Positions 26,077 to 39,900 of a DNA stretch of 64,000 nt are shown here, in pieces. The notes under the pieces are model-generated. The model had not been told where the DNA came from. It searched no databases and saw nothing but the letters and a program-made list of their open reading frames with translations. The position numbers were made by a program, and so were the translations under genes. Each line of letters begins with the position of its first letter. Position 1 is the first letter of the stretch. This DNA is from Lama guanicoe (taxonomy: Eukaryota): positions 3,800,399 to 3,864,398 of the forward strand of contig MU053934.1 of NCBI GenBank assembly GCA_013239625.1. The letters run 5' to 3'.

Positions 26077-26974
26077 TTAAAGGGGCTTCTTGGTCCTTTC
26101 CTGAAAAGATTCCTCTGGGCGCTGTCCCAGAACTGCCTCTGCGACCCTGCTTGGGACCCTGCAAAGGTATGACCCCTCGCTGGGACTTTGCAGTACATAC
26201 CCCTGCTCACCTAACAGCCCTGGGGAGCCCAGGCTTTGGAACCCGACAGACCTGGGCCCAAAGTTCAGCCCCACTTCATCCCAGTTGTCTGAGCTTCAGA
26301 GGGTCACTGCACCCCTCTGCACCTCAGTTTTCTCTGCTGTGAAAATGCAAGTTCCCACCTCACAGGCGTGCTGAGAATGCACAAGAAAACACACAGGAGG
26401 GCCTGCCTCGGTGGCTAGCTCCTGGTGGGAAGGTCCCCGGGGTGGCTGGCAGTCTCCTCCCCACAGCCCATCACATTTGTGAGCAGGCCACGATCTCTGA
26501 GAGCACCCAGTGCACTGCCGAGCCATGCTTCCTGGACATGAGAGATCGGAGGCCTCCATCCTCCCAGGGGGACAGAGCTCGGCTTAGGGAGAGGCCTCAG
26601 AGGAGATGGCCAGCCAGGCTCTCTGTAGAAGACAGAGCTGCCGTCACCATCACCATCATCGTCACCACCCACCATCTTCTGTCTGCAAGGTACTTGACAA
26701 CTTATGAAGAATCTTCTCATGCACTGTTTTGCTGACTGCACTCTCCCTCCAAAGGTAGGCCATAGGATCCCCAGTTCACATACAAGGAAACCACAGAGGG
26801 GGTGCCATCACCTCACAAGACCAGGACGCCATCTTTCTTTGGGCTTATCTGCCTGGGGGCCCACTGTGAGATCAATCCCTCAAGTGCCACCCCCAGAGTC
26901 CCCTCAGGAGGACAGCTGAGGAACGAGGGGTTTTGGGAGCCCCTGCTGCCCGCCCACCCTCAGACTCTGCCTAC

Positions 26975-27071
26975 CTCTGCGTTCTTGGCCCAGTGGAGGG
27001 GGCTGGCTCCATAGCGAGGGTCTTTGCTGTGAATCTGGTTGCTGTCCATGCTGATAATCATTTCTGCACAC
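26975..27071 (-). CDS. PLA2G6: PLA2G6 exon 6 (ankyrin)
   Basis: [32 protein letters not shown]; ccccag / gtaggc. Confidence 0.96.
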
Positions 27072-27589
27072 CTGGGGAGAGAGAAGACATGTGGCAGTGA
27101 GGAAGGCCAGTGGGGGCAGCCTGACATGAAGAGGCCATGACTCCAGGCTTCATCTACTGGTAAGGGAGAATTCTTGCCAATAAAGTCACAACAAAACCAA
27201 CCAGCATGCATACAGTGGTAAGTCAATGGTATCCTGAGCCCCTCAAGGCATAACTCAAGCCCCCAGGCCTCCAGGGAAGCCTTCCCAGATGACTTCAGTC
27301 AGCAACGACCACCCTCACCGGTGCTGAGGTTTAGCCCCAGCTTTCCACTGGTGACCTCTGGAAAGTGGCCAGGCCTGTCTGCAACATGGGGACAGTCCTA
27401 ACAGGACTGGGCGAGGAATAAAGGAGGGTTAAAGGATAAAAGATATTTCAGCACTTGGTCCTGTGCCTGGCACACAGCCGGCCTCCATCCCCCCCAAACC
27501 CCAACTGTTAGTGTTTCAAGCAGTGAGTGCATCCTGTAGGACGCAGTAGGCAGGGTGTTCAGCTACTTTCCATTCCTAGACTGATAACC

Positions 27590-27815
27590 AAAGGAACAAA
27601 AGCAGGGGCTCAAACAGATATCTGTGTGCCAGTGTTTACTGTGGCATTATTCACAAGAGCCAAAAGGTGGAAATGACCTAAGTGTCCACTGACAGACGAA
27701 TGGGTGAGCAGAATGTGGTATATACAATAAACTATTCGTCTGTCTTAATAAGGAAGGAAATGCTGATACATGCTATGACACTAATGAAACTTGAAGACAT
27801 TATGCTAAGTGAAAG
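27590..27815 (+). mobile_element. L1MB-like 3' fragment
   Basis: aagcaggggctcaaacagatatctg...gcattattcacaagagccaaaaggtggaaa...cttgaagacattatgctaagtgaa. Confidence 0.65.
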
Positions 27816-29468
27816 TGGAGTCCCAGGCCCCTGCCAGCTCTCTGTGAAGGTCAGCTGAGTTGACACCAACAGCAGAGAGGCCCCCAGGCTGGGGCTGGGA
27901 TGGAACCACTCCCAGTAACCCTAACACTTGCGGTTCTCAGCGTATGGCTGTGCGGGCTGCCACATGGTAGCAGAGGGACGACGCAGCTTGGGGTCCTGAC
28001 AGGAGGGTGGCTGTGTCCAGCAGTGGGGCACACCCAAGGTCCGAGATAACTCGTGTTGTCTTGTGTGCAGTGGTCCTCTTTGATCTGGGCCAGCCCCGTG
28101 TGAGAGGCCTGGAATGTGGCTGCAGGTATCTGAGGAGGGAACAACCTGGATGATACCAGGGTCCTGGAAGTAACCTGGACCAGCAGATTACTGGAGCCAG
28201 TAGGATGGCTGGAGCCAAGCAGAAGCGGGGCTGCCATGCCAGCCCTTGGGTATCGGAGAGCACCACCCATCATGTGTGTCCATTCCAGTTGAAACCTGCA
28301 GCTGGTAACCCGGTGACAGAGGGGATGGGAGCATTAGGATTGCCTCTAACCATTTTGTCAGGTCTTTCTGAAAGTTCTAGTTCATCTTAGCTGTGCAAGG
28401 GAGAATCAAGGAAAGGAAGGCTTGTGCAAGCTTGGACCAGGCCTTTGAAAGGACAGTCATGTCCCCCAGGGGCCAGCAAGGTGAGTGCAGACATCAGAGG
28501 AAGGAAAACCCTGAGGGAGGGTGAGAATATCTGCCTCTACCCAAGGGTGGCCCCTCCACGCTCTTTTCTCACTGCCCATCTAGCACACAGCACTGGAAGA
28601 CGCTGGGTGACTTCTGTGCCTCCTGTCCTGAGCTCCCTCACCCTTCTCTGTAAGGCCAGTGCTTAGCACTGTGCTGGGGACTGAGGACTAACTGACTCAT
28701 TCACTCATTCATTCATTCTAGATACTGTATCTGCTGGGAAATATTTGGAGATAGTCACTTCTTTTATCCCACTTTCTCCGCATCCACCACACACACACAC
28801 GCACGCACGCACACACACACATGGAGAAGAATTTCCCTGACACTAGGGTTCCCCCAAGTCTGAGGAGAAAGGAAGAAGTGAATTATCTAGAGCTCTCCAA
28901 GACAGGGGCCTGGCCCTGTGTCCCAGCAATGCCACCAGCCAGAACGGATGGATATATCAGGCAGATGGGTACCTGGGCCAACTTGCTGAGCAGTCCTGGG
29001 CTTTGAGTTGGGCACAGGAGCCACAGAGCATTGCAGCCAAGAAGGCGCTGCTCAGATCAGATGGATGGGCTTGGAAAGAAGAGGCTTCAGGTTGTGTGGG
29101 CTCCTCCAAGCCTGAGGGTTGCATGAGATTCCAGCCCTGGAGCATCCCCGGGAGGAGAGGGGAAGAGGGGACCCTGGGGAAGTTTGTTTTTCTCCAGTTT
29201 AGTAGAGGAAGGTTCACAGTCAGAAATGAAGGTGCATTGCAGAGCAACTTTCAAAGTTCTATTCTTTGCAGAGTGGAGTTTGCAGACCAAGATTCACCCC
29301 ACTGCCCACCACGCATTTATCAAGTACTTTCTTTGTGCCAGGCCGGCCCTTGGCACCAGGACCTCATGCATATCTAACAAGCCTGTGGAGGCCACTGCTC
29401 ACCTGGGCATGAGGACTGGCCCTGCAGAGCGGGGGGCCCGGCTGACCGTGGGGGCAGGGGGGGTCTTA

Positions 29469-29708
<240 letters not shown>

Positions 29709-31161
29709 TCACTCCCTAACCTCCACCGATGGGGAAGTCTCTCTCTGGGACCTCGGGGGAAGGGAAGTTGGACCCCACGAGAACACTGACAAGAACTTCA
29801 AGAGAAGCGACCAAGAAAGGAGTCTTTGGAGGGGAAAGAAGCCGACTGGGCCAGTGCCAGCTGGCAAGTTGGTCTGGCTTGACTGTGGTGTTTATGAAAA
29901 CTGTCTCCATCAGGAAATTTAAAAGGAGGTTGTATCTAGGACGGGCACTGGGAGTGAGACTTGCTTTTCACTGCATGATCTTCTATCCTGCCTGATTTTT
30001 TTTTTTTGCTAATTTTTTTTAATTAAAAAAAACTACTATTAATAAGAGAGCCATGAGGCTTTTATTTCCTCGGGTGACTCCTTGAGGTTAATTATGACCA
30101 CTGTATACCCGTGTGACTGGCTGGGTCCGTTGACAGGCTGGGGACACAGCAGAAAGGCCGAGGTGCTGGCATCCAGGCCCGATTCAAGGGCCAGCCGCAC
30201 CACTCACCGCTCTCTGGCCCTCCCTGGGCACACGTCTTAACTTTGCTGAACCTCAGTTTCTTTGAGGAGATGAGGATAACAGCTCTCACCCACAAAGGGT
30301 ACTTTGAGAATGAGAACACATATGAGTACAGGGTCAGGCACGAGATCAGAGGTAAAGGACAGCTATTGCTCAGAGTGTGCGACTGCCCTCCGCACGGAGG
30401 CAGGCTCCGCCTGGCGCTCTGCTGGGCACGCAGTGGGGTCTCAGTAAGGATGGAGTTCAACACTACAGAATTCCTTTCCCTGAGAGCACGAATCATAAGA
30501 TAGGAATCCACATTTTCTGGAGTACTGTAGTTCCATTCTGATGCCAAGGCAGAGAGAAGGATGTAACTTTTGGAAGAATCTTCCAATTCTAGGCAATAAA
30601 ATCCTGTCTGGTCGTCTGTCTTTTCGATCTAACATGTAAGGTAGCCTTTTCACATTATTTGATCTACTTGCCCATGATTTTTCTTTTGTATTTTTCTGCC
30701 TAACTCATCAAAAAGAAGTGCCTCTGGTGCAAATACCTACAGGAGCCAGATGGAGTTTTGTTTGTTTTGAGCTCCTGTGAAAAGTTAAGCTGAGGTCCTG
30801 ATGGACCGTGTGCACCTCCAGGCAGGGGTTGAAATGAATTCACCCGGTCAGGGGTCTAGCTTGGGAAAAGCTGAGCAAAATTAATTGACAGACTGGGCAG
30901 TTTGCTGCAGGCGGGGGTGAGGGGGCGCAGAGGAATTGCCCAGCTTTGTCAGAGAAAAGTGGCAAAGCATGTGTCTCCTTGGCAAGCATAGGGAGGGAAG
31001 CGGGGGGCTGGGGGTGTGCCTCCATGAAGGAGTTCAGGCCTCAAGGTCAAAGGGGGACAGCGGAAGGCCCAGTATGACACCCAAGCCCAGGAGCTCAAAG
31101 ACAGCTGTGATCACGGTGAAGTGTGGCTGCCACAGGCCGCCCTGCCTCCACTCCTGCTCAC

Positions 31162-31345
31162 CTGCAACACCTGGGAGTTGTCACTCTGGACAGCATAATG
31201 GAAGGCAGTCTCTCCGTTGCTGTCGGTGACATCCATCTGGGCGTGGCAGTACTGCACCAGCTCCATCAGGATTTCCCCGTCGCCCTTGCGGCAGGCCAGG
31301 TGCAGGGGAGTGCATCCCTCCTCATTTTCTGTGCTGTTGGCGCAG
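31162..31345 (-). CDS. PLA2G6: PLA2G6 exon 4 (ankyrin; DVTD caspase site)
   Basis: [61 protein letters not shown]; ctgcag / gtgagc. Confidence 0.96.
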
Positions 31346-32383
31346 CTGCAGCCGAGGGACAGGGACGACAGGTGAGGGGCGTGGCCCAAGATGGGAGGGG
31401 CCCTGAGAAAGCCAAGTCCAGAAGCAGGGAGGTGGGCCAGGGGCCCAAGAGCATGCGTGTCCTGCTCCAACTGGCTGGTTCAAACTTAGGGCTGAGCCAC
31501 AGTATATTTGTATCTGACGTGATTTGGATGTTTTCAGTCCCGTTTGTACACCTGTATGAGGGATGCACCCCAGGGCCGTACCAGCCTGAAGTGGGCACTT
31601 GGGGTGGCGTAGAAAGGATGGCAGAAGACAGAAATCTCACCAACCTCAGGCAACTCACTTAACCTTTCTAGGCCTCAATCTCCTTATGTACAAAAAAATA
31701 AAAATAATGCCTGCCATGCCTGCCCTAGGAAATGGATACAATGGTTGTGAGATTAAATACCATAATGTCCTAGAACATGCTGATAAACTGTAAAGGGCAG
31801 TGCAGATTTTTAGGCTTTGGGCCTGGGAGCTGAACTGAACTATCTAAGGTGGAGAACCTGAGGTGTGGCTACCTCAGGGCAGGATGGCGCACTGGGGTCC
31901 TATGGCCGGCAAGGAGCCCTCACCTGGGGCGTCCACTGATACGTGTGTTGGGGGAATGGACATCTGAAAGTCAGTGTTCCAGCTTCCAGAAAGGCAACTA
32001 GACCTTCAGAGGAGACACCAAGGGTCTAAAGCCTCTTCTGCCCTCTCCAGCTGAGACCTTGCATGGGTCACATGACCTCTCACTAGGATGACACTACTTC
32101 ATAGGTGTGTTGGGAAGACTCAAGTTCATGGTGGGTATAAAACGGCTATGGCAGGCCTGGCACCTGCTGGCACTCCCGAAATGTTACATTCCTCCTTCCC
32201 ACTTTAGGCAGAATTCCTGTGCTCTAACGCAGAGGCAATGCTGTCCCCCTTTTAAGTCAAATGTTCTGGGTAACCTTTGAGTTGATGGAGGGGACCTGAG
32301 GCAGGACTGAGAGACTCCCCATCCCCACACACAATGTCCTAAGGGTCCCGTCCTCCTGCCCACCTGGCGAGTCCCCCGCCCAC

Positions 32384-32599
32384 CTGATGATGCGGCTGTG
32401 GTGGAAGCACTCTCGGATCCCCAGCTCCACTGCCAAGTGTGCCACCGACCAGCTGGGGTGGCTGCGGATGAGGTCAGTCAGCTGCTGCAGGACCTCAGTG
32501 TGCAGGATGTGGCTGGAGCTCTCGTAGAAGGGCGGCAACTGGGAAGAATACTGCTGGAAGTTCACCAGGGCATCAGCCTCTGTCTCCAGCTGGAAGAGT
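32384..32599 (-). CDS. PLA2G6: PLA2G6 exon 3
   Basis: [71 protein letters not shown]; cctcag / gtgggc. Confidence 0.96.
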
Positions 32600-35279
32600 C
32601 TGAGGAGCCAGGCAGAGGAAGAAGACATGGAATGAGCCAGGAGGGACCCTCGACCCTTGATGGAATCAGAAGACTGGGGTCCCCACAATCAGGTCACTGC
32701 CTGCTTCCAGCTGTGGACTGACCTGCTCCAGCTGGACTCCCCTTCCCAACCACACAAACACACACACACACACAGGCACACACACAGACACACATACACA
32801 TAAATACACCTAAATGGAGATGCAACTTTCTTTTCATTTGAAAAGATTTCCTTTTCTTTTTTTTCAAAAAATATCATCACGTGGTGCTTTTATATTTTAT
32901 TTTACCAAAGCACTGTCATATCCACTATCTAATTTGATTGTCATTTGAGAGCCACAGCCTTGAGTCCCTGGACCCTTGTAGTGGGAAGTGAGTGGGTATT
33001 ATTTAACCTAAATGTCCAGCAACAGAGTATGATATAAATTGTGGTACATCTATGTGATGGAATAGTATATAGCCATTAAAATGAGATACTAAAAGAACAG
33101 GGAAATGTTTATTTTGTAATGTTAAGTAAAAAAGCAAGGCACAAATTTTGTATGATACAGTGTGATCAAAACTGTTTTAAAAAAATGAAAGGAAAGAAAA
33201 TATGTCAAAATGTGCATGGTAGCATCATAATTTAAATGTACTTCTTTATTCATTTCTGTAGTGTCTAAAATTTCTACAATGAGTCTATATGATTTTTGTA
33301 ATCATATTTAAAGTTTTGTTCATTTTTAAGGAACTGGGTTAGAGTCTAAGTTCTGCTATTAAGTTGCTGTATAATCTTGGAAAAAATTCTTTCCTCTCTG
33401 AGTCCTTTTTGAAACATAAGACTAATTGCACCTGTCTACCTACCTCACAGAGGTGCTGTGAGGATCAGATAAGATAGCAAGATAAAAGCACTTTAAGGAC
33501 CATAATAATTGCATGCAAATAATGGTTACTTGAGGCTCTGACCAGGCTTTCAACATGCCAGTTTTTAACCTACACATCTCTACAAGCCCAGTGGCCAGCC
33601 AGGATCTAGCGGAGGTAGTGCCCAGAGAGTGTTGTCTCCGCAGGGCTAGCCTGTTCTTACCTAAAATAAGGAAGGATGTGAAACAGACTGGCAGGTAATA
33701 AGTGCTATAGAAAAAACAAACAAGGGAGGAAAGGATATGGGAGGGAATCATTCCTCATTCTCCGTGGCTGGTTTTTGTTTCATCTCACCAACCCCTTAAT
33801 ATCAGAGTGCAAAACAATAAATGCTGCTTTTATGTCAAATATAATGACAACTGAAAATGATCACTGGATTTAGCATCACTGAAACCTTGACAAGAGCAAC
33901 CTTCACAGGAGTACTTGTGGGGGAATGGTGGCACCAAATCCTGCTTGGAATGGGTTTAAAAAGAATGGGATGTGAGAAATTGGAGACAATATGTATAAAC
34001 AATATTTTTGAGGAGTTTTGCTGTAGAAGAGAACCAACAGAGGTAGGGAATGGGGAAAGTGTAATCAGACATTCATATGCTGATGGTAATGATCCAAAAG
34101 GAAATGGGGTCTCTCTGAGAATTTCCCCTTCTGTTATTGGCAGGCAAGGTAACATGAACCAGAATGACAGAAAGGGACAACCAGAAATGCTGGACAAAAT
34201 GCAGAAAGCATCTGCTTTAAGGTGCTGGATACCTAATCAGACAGTGACGAATTACCAGGCTGGAAGTGATTATGGAGACAGGAACTGAGCCTGGTGTTTA
34301 GGGCTGCTGTTATTTGAGAGGCTGGGGGGATACGCAGTAGCATTAACAACCTCACAGGCTCAGGAGACAGGGATTAGAAACCAGGGATCCACAAAAGGAG
34401 AACCCTGATGACCACCTGTCACTGTGGGTTAGGATCCTGAAGGACTACACGCTAGGAATAAGGTGGGCCACAAGTAGACAGACCCTCACGTGGACTGCAA
34501 CTCGGCCTCAAATAATTTCAGTTTCAGAAACTGGACTGACATTATCTGAGTCAGAGAGTTCCCAGGTTCCTGGGAGAAGTGAACATAAAGAAAACATCAA
34601 ACTGGATTTCAAATTATTTCTACAAGTATTACTACAAATTCAATGTCCAGTATGTAATCAAAACTCACCAGGTAGATGGGGAGATAAGAAAATATGAAAG
34701 AAAATCAACAGAAGCAATATACAACAGAAATAGATCTATGAGTGGGGGGCTGCAAATACTGAAGTTATCTCACATAGATTTTAAAATAAAGGTGATGATA
34801 TTCAAGAGGATAAAGTAGAAGATTCACAATTTTGGCAAATCACGTTTAACTATTAAAAAAAAAAGAACCAAGTGGAAATCACAAAATTAAAAAATACAAT
34901 TGCCAAAATTAAGAACACAATGGCTAGGTATAATAGAAGATTGGATAATGCTGAAAAGAAAATTAGTGTAAAGGAAGATAGGCAGAAAAGAGTAAACAGA
35001 CTAAAGCATGGAGAGATAAAAGCTTGGAAAATGTAGGTAACTAGGTAGAAGACACAGAATATATAATGAAAAGATCTAACATGTAAGCGGAGCCACAAAA
35101 ACAGAATAGAAAGAGTTGGACAGAAGCCATATTTGAAGAGTTAATAAGTATGAACTTTCCAGAATTGATGGAAAACGTTATTCCATTAATTTAAAATATC
35201 CTGTAAGTCCTCTTCTACCAAAAAAAAAAAAAAAAAAGAAAATCCACACTTACACTCCTCCCACTGAGCAGTGGGCATT

Positions 35280-35800
35280 TATGTCTCTTTACTGTTTAAT
35301 CTGGCTCTGTAACTCCTTTACCAAGAGGATATGGCAGAAGTGATTCTATCCTAGTATCAGGACCAAGGCTTTAAGAGACTGGAAGCCTCTCCCTCTTTTC
35401 TGTTGGGACCCAGCCATCATGCCACAGGGATGCTGAAGCACTCATTGCAATGACTCTTGGCCTTGGACCTTCAGCACTGGATGAACTCCTAGTCAATGGT
35501 GAGCACCAACTTGCCAGTTGTGAGTCATCTTAGAAGTGGATCCTGTGCTGTACACCAGAAATTGACACAACATTGTAAATTAACTATACTTCAATAAAAA
35601 TATATTTAAAAAAATAAAATAAAATACAGATAAGGTGGGGGGAAACAAAGTGGATCCTGCAGTCAAGCCACACCAGCTAATGCCATGTAAAATCGAACTG
35701 AGCCTTTCCCACTGAGCTCTGCTCAAATTACAGATTTGTGGGCTAAATAATTGTTTTAAGCCACTAAGTTTTGGGATAGTTTGTTGCACAGCAATAACAG
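35280..35800 (+). mobile_element. MLT1 (MaLR) solo LTR, interrupted by a tiny L1 3' end
   Basis: Characteristic MLT1 end ttgttttaagccactaagttttgggatagtttgttgcacagcaataaca. Confidence 0.7.
35546..35647 (+). mobile_element. 102-bp severely truncated L1 3' end with 12-bp TSD
   Basis: TSD AAGTGGATCCTG at 35534-35545 and 35648-35659; body near-identical to the L1 3' end at ~17387-17435. Confidence 0.88.
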
Positions 35801-36456
35801 CATGACACATATTGGTCAACATATTGTAACTTAGCAATAACTGACACATGTGCCCTGTTACAACTGCTGAAAACCAAATGCAGAGAGAAAATATTAAAAA
35901 TAGCAAAGGGAAAAAACTTATCTTCAGAGGGCTACTCAACAAGGAAGCTCAACAATGGAAGCCAGAGATAATGAAATGACATCCTTAAAGAGCTAAAAGA
36001 AAAGAAATGCCAATGAGAATTCTACACCCAGAGAAAAAAACACTTCAAGCATGAAGTTGAAATTAAAATACTTCACTAGTCAAACAAATAAATGAGAGAG
36101 AAAGAGAAAGACTGACTATGTCATTAGCACACCCAAACAAAAGGAAATATAAAAGAATTTTCTTCAGGTAGGAGGAACTTGACCCTAGATGGATGGTCAA
36201 AGATGCAGGGAAAAAAACTAAGCACCATGAAAATGGTAAATATTTAATGATGAGTGAATCTAAATAAATATTGACAGTATAATGTCTTGTTGGATTTAAA
36301 ATTAAAATATTAATGAAAAAGAACACATGGCATAGAAGCCTGGAGGGGGATAATGAAGTTAAAGGATTCTAGGGCCCTTTTATGGTTCAGGAATAGGCCA
36401 AAGCACCACTTATACTTCAGTAAGGCGAAGGATGTGTGTTATAATCCCTAGGGTTC

Positions 36457-36969
36457 TATCAAGAACTGTGAAGGGTTTCAGATTTTACCCTAGTTGCAGA
36501 CTAACAAGTTAGCCTGGCACAGTTTCATGGATGCTGGCAGAAGACACAAGATTCCTGGATCAAAGACAAAGGGCAATTTATTACTCACAGCAATAGCAGT
36601 AGCCGGAGTATCAGCATTTGTGCCAATTCCCTGAGATCCAGTCCCCAGAAGGTGACACGAAGAGGGTCAGGTGACACCTGCTCATGTTGCACTAGAAGAG
36701 AGAAACCCCGAGTGTAAGGAACTTAAATCTGCTATAATCATCAATGAGAAGATCCGTCCAAGCTTTGTTCTGGAGGAAAATATTAGCTTTATTACACAGA
36801 AAAGCGAGCAAATCTATTCTCTTCTCTGGAGAGAGACCCCATCTCTATCTTCCAAGGCTGTTCACAACACAGACACCCTTGTAAAATAGTCTAGAACAAA
36901 GGTAGTCTGTGTCTCTGCTCATAAGATGTACAGAAACACAAGGGACTCATGGAGAACTGCCTCCTGAAA
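36457..36969 (-). mobile_element. LTR40a-like ERVL solo LTR
   Basis: Reverse complement matches recalled LTR40a (...ctactgctattgctgtgagtaataaa...cttctgccagcatccatgaaactgtg...agggtaaaatc...cccttcacagttcttga). Confidence 0.75.
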
Positions 36970-39900
36970 GCTGTCATTAAAAGATAATAACAGAGTATAA
37001 ATTTCCAAGCCAATAGAGATGGGGAAAATGGAACAACAAGAAAAGATTCAGTCATGAATTACAAAAGCATTGTGCTAAGTGAAGAAATCAGATTCATAAG
37101 ACTACACGCTGTATGGTTAAAAGGTAAAACTATAGTGATAAAAAGCAGATCGGTGTTTGCCAGGGGCTATGGTGGGTGCAGGGGCCTTATTCCAAAGGAG
37201 CACGGAGGAAACTTGGGGGATAACAAAAATACCGTACATCCTGCTTGTGGTCATGGCTACATGGGTATGTACCTTCGTCAAAATTCATTGAATGGTACAC
37301 CTAAAGGTGGTAAATTTTATTTTTTGTGAATTGTATCTCTGTAACATTGACTAAAACAAAACAAAAATAAAAAGAAGACAAGAAAGAAAGGAATAAGGAA
37401 AAAAAGTAGGTAGAAGAACAACAATAAAAGCAAACAGTAAGTTAGTAGATTTAAAGCCAAATCTATCAGAATTACACTAAGTATAAATAGACTAAATGTT
37501 CCAAATAAATATAAGGAATAACAGACCAGATAACAGAAAAAAAGAAGAGGCAACTTACATATTCTTTACATGATTAAAAATATAAGGAAGTACATTATAT
37601 AAATACTAACCAAAAGAAAGCTGGCTACATTATATTAATATTAGAAAGAGTAGAGTTTAAGGTACAAAGCATTACTGGAAGCAAAGAGGGACAATCTTAA
37701 CAGTTAACAGACAACAGTTTCAATTCACTAGGAAAATGTGATAATTCTGTACTTAATAATAAAGCTCCAACATAAAGTCAAACTTGACAGAATTAAGAGA
37801 ACTACAGATTCACAATCACACTGAGATATTTTAAAGTCTTCTACCAGTTTCTTATACAAAAAGGAGAACCCCCCCAAAAAATCCCTATTAGATATAGAAC
37901 AATGAATAAACTTGACTTCACAGACACATATAAAGCACTACTTCCATCAAGTACAGAATAAACATTCTTCTCCAAGCACACACACACATAAAAGTATAAC
38001 TATTGGACCTATACTGGGCCATAAAGCAAATCTGAACAAAATTCAAAGACCTGAAAATATTTAGAAAATATGTTTGCCAACCACAATGCAACTGAGCTAG
38101 AAATCAGTAAGAAAAGGATATTGAAACATTTCCCATACATTTGAAGATTAACTAAGATACATATAAAGTACCTATGGTTCAAACAAGAAGGCAAGATAAA
38201 ATTCAGGAAATATCTTGACTCAATGACAATGCAAACTACATATCAAATTTGTGGGATGAACTTCCAGTTCTGGCTATGACATAAGAGTTTGTACCAGACT
38301 AGCCTTCCTGTTGAAAACAAATACAAAATCAGGATTTAATTCAAACAAATATTTGAAGGTACTGGAGAGAACCCAAGGCAAGCAAGACATGGCGGGCCAG
38401 GACATTAGATAAAAAAGCAGCACACCGGAGTAAGACCCGCATTTTTACTCAGGGAACTTGGGGATCTGTGGGTACAGGTATCAAGGCCAAGAATAAAACT
38501 GTAGTCTAGTGCTTCCCACATTCTTATGAGGCTGGGTAGAGAGAGGCTAGCATTCAGAGCTTCTAAGACAGCCAGAACTTGAAGGACTGACTGAGAAGTG
38601 AGCCTGAAATTCTGCATGCAGTTGCCCCTCATAAGCTATGCCCAGCAAGATGCCAAGAAACCAAACAGAAAACATCAGTAGGGAGGATACAGAGCCGAGC
38701 AGAAATGTTGTCAGTTTTTTAGTACTTGGGAACTTGAGATTGGACATCAGTATCCACCGAGGTACAAGGACCTTATAAAATCTAGGCCTTTGGCTGAGAT
38801 TGAAGAACTTCTATCTGCTAAGAGTAACAGTTATGACCTGGCTGTGAGGACAAACCCAAGACAGACCAAACTTAATAAAGCCTGAAATGCAGCCTTAACT
38901 AAACTTCTGAAGGATGATAATATCTTCCATAGCCTCTATAATTTTTCATACACAATATCTAGCATGCAAACAAAAATTACTAGGCATCCCCAAACCAGGA
39001 TCAAACAACCAACGAGGTCTGAGAGGAAAAAACAGACTATAGAGACAGAAACCCCAGGTAATCCAGGTATCAAAGTTACTAACTAGGAACTTAAACAAAA
39101 TCTGATTGATATTCTTAAGAAAATAAATGAAAAAATATATTAAAAATTCAAAAAGAGTCCATTGGACATTGTAGAACTAGAAAATACAATAACTGAAATT
39201 AAGAATTCAACAGATTGGACTAATTGCCGATAGACACAGTTGAAAAAAATTAGTGAAAGAGGTTGGCAAAAAATATTCCAACTGAAGGAAAAAGAGCAAA
39301 AAGAAGGATAATACACTTTAAAAGACCAAGAGATATATGGGAAATGGTATAAAGGTTTAACATATATGTAACTGGAAATCCAGAAGGAAGAGAGATAGAC
39401 CAGAATAGAAGCAATAAAAATACTAATTGGAAACATTCCAAAACTGATAAAAAGAATCAAGATACAGATTCAAGAAGTTCTACAAACCCCAAGGAGGACA
39501 AATACAAAGAAAACAACCATCTGGGCATAATAGTAAAACGACAGAAAAAAAAACAAAAACAAAGAGAACATCTTAAGAGCAACAAGAGGTGGAAAAAAAG
39601 ACATATTATCTTCAAGATATACAGTTGGCTGCTGAGAACGGGAGAAAACAAACTACATCTTTAAGAAGGTAAAAGAAAATAACTATCAGCCTAAAATTCT
39701 ATTCTTTGAAGTTTATTTCAAAAATAAAGGTAAAACACAGTCATTTTCAGAGAGATAAAAACAGGGAAGCACCGCCCGCAGACTTGCACTAAGAGAATTA
39801 GGCAGAAAGAAAACTATCTCAGATGGTAATGCAAGATAATGCAGGAAAGAATAAAGAGCAATAGAACGGGTAAATACGTGGGAAAATCCAAACTGATTGT

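Noticed and set aside
28787..28820. CA/CG microsatellites (also ~15339-15385, 32752-32800, 42850-42890)
   Set aside because: Ordinary simple repeats; no further structure
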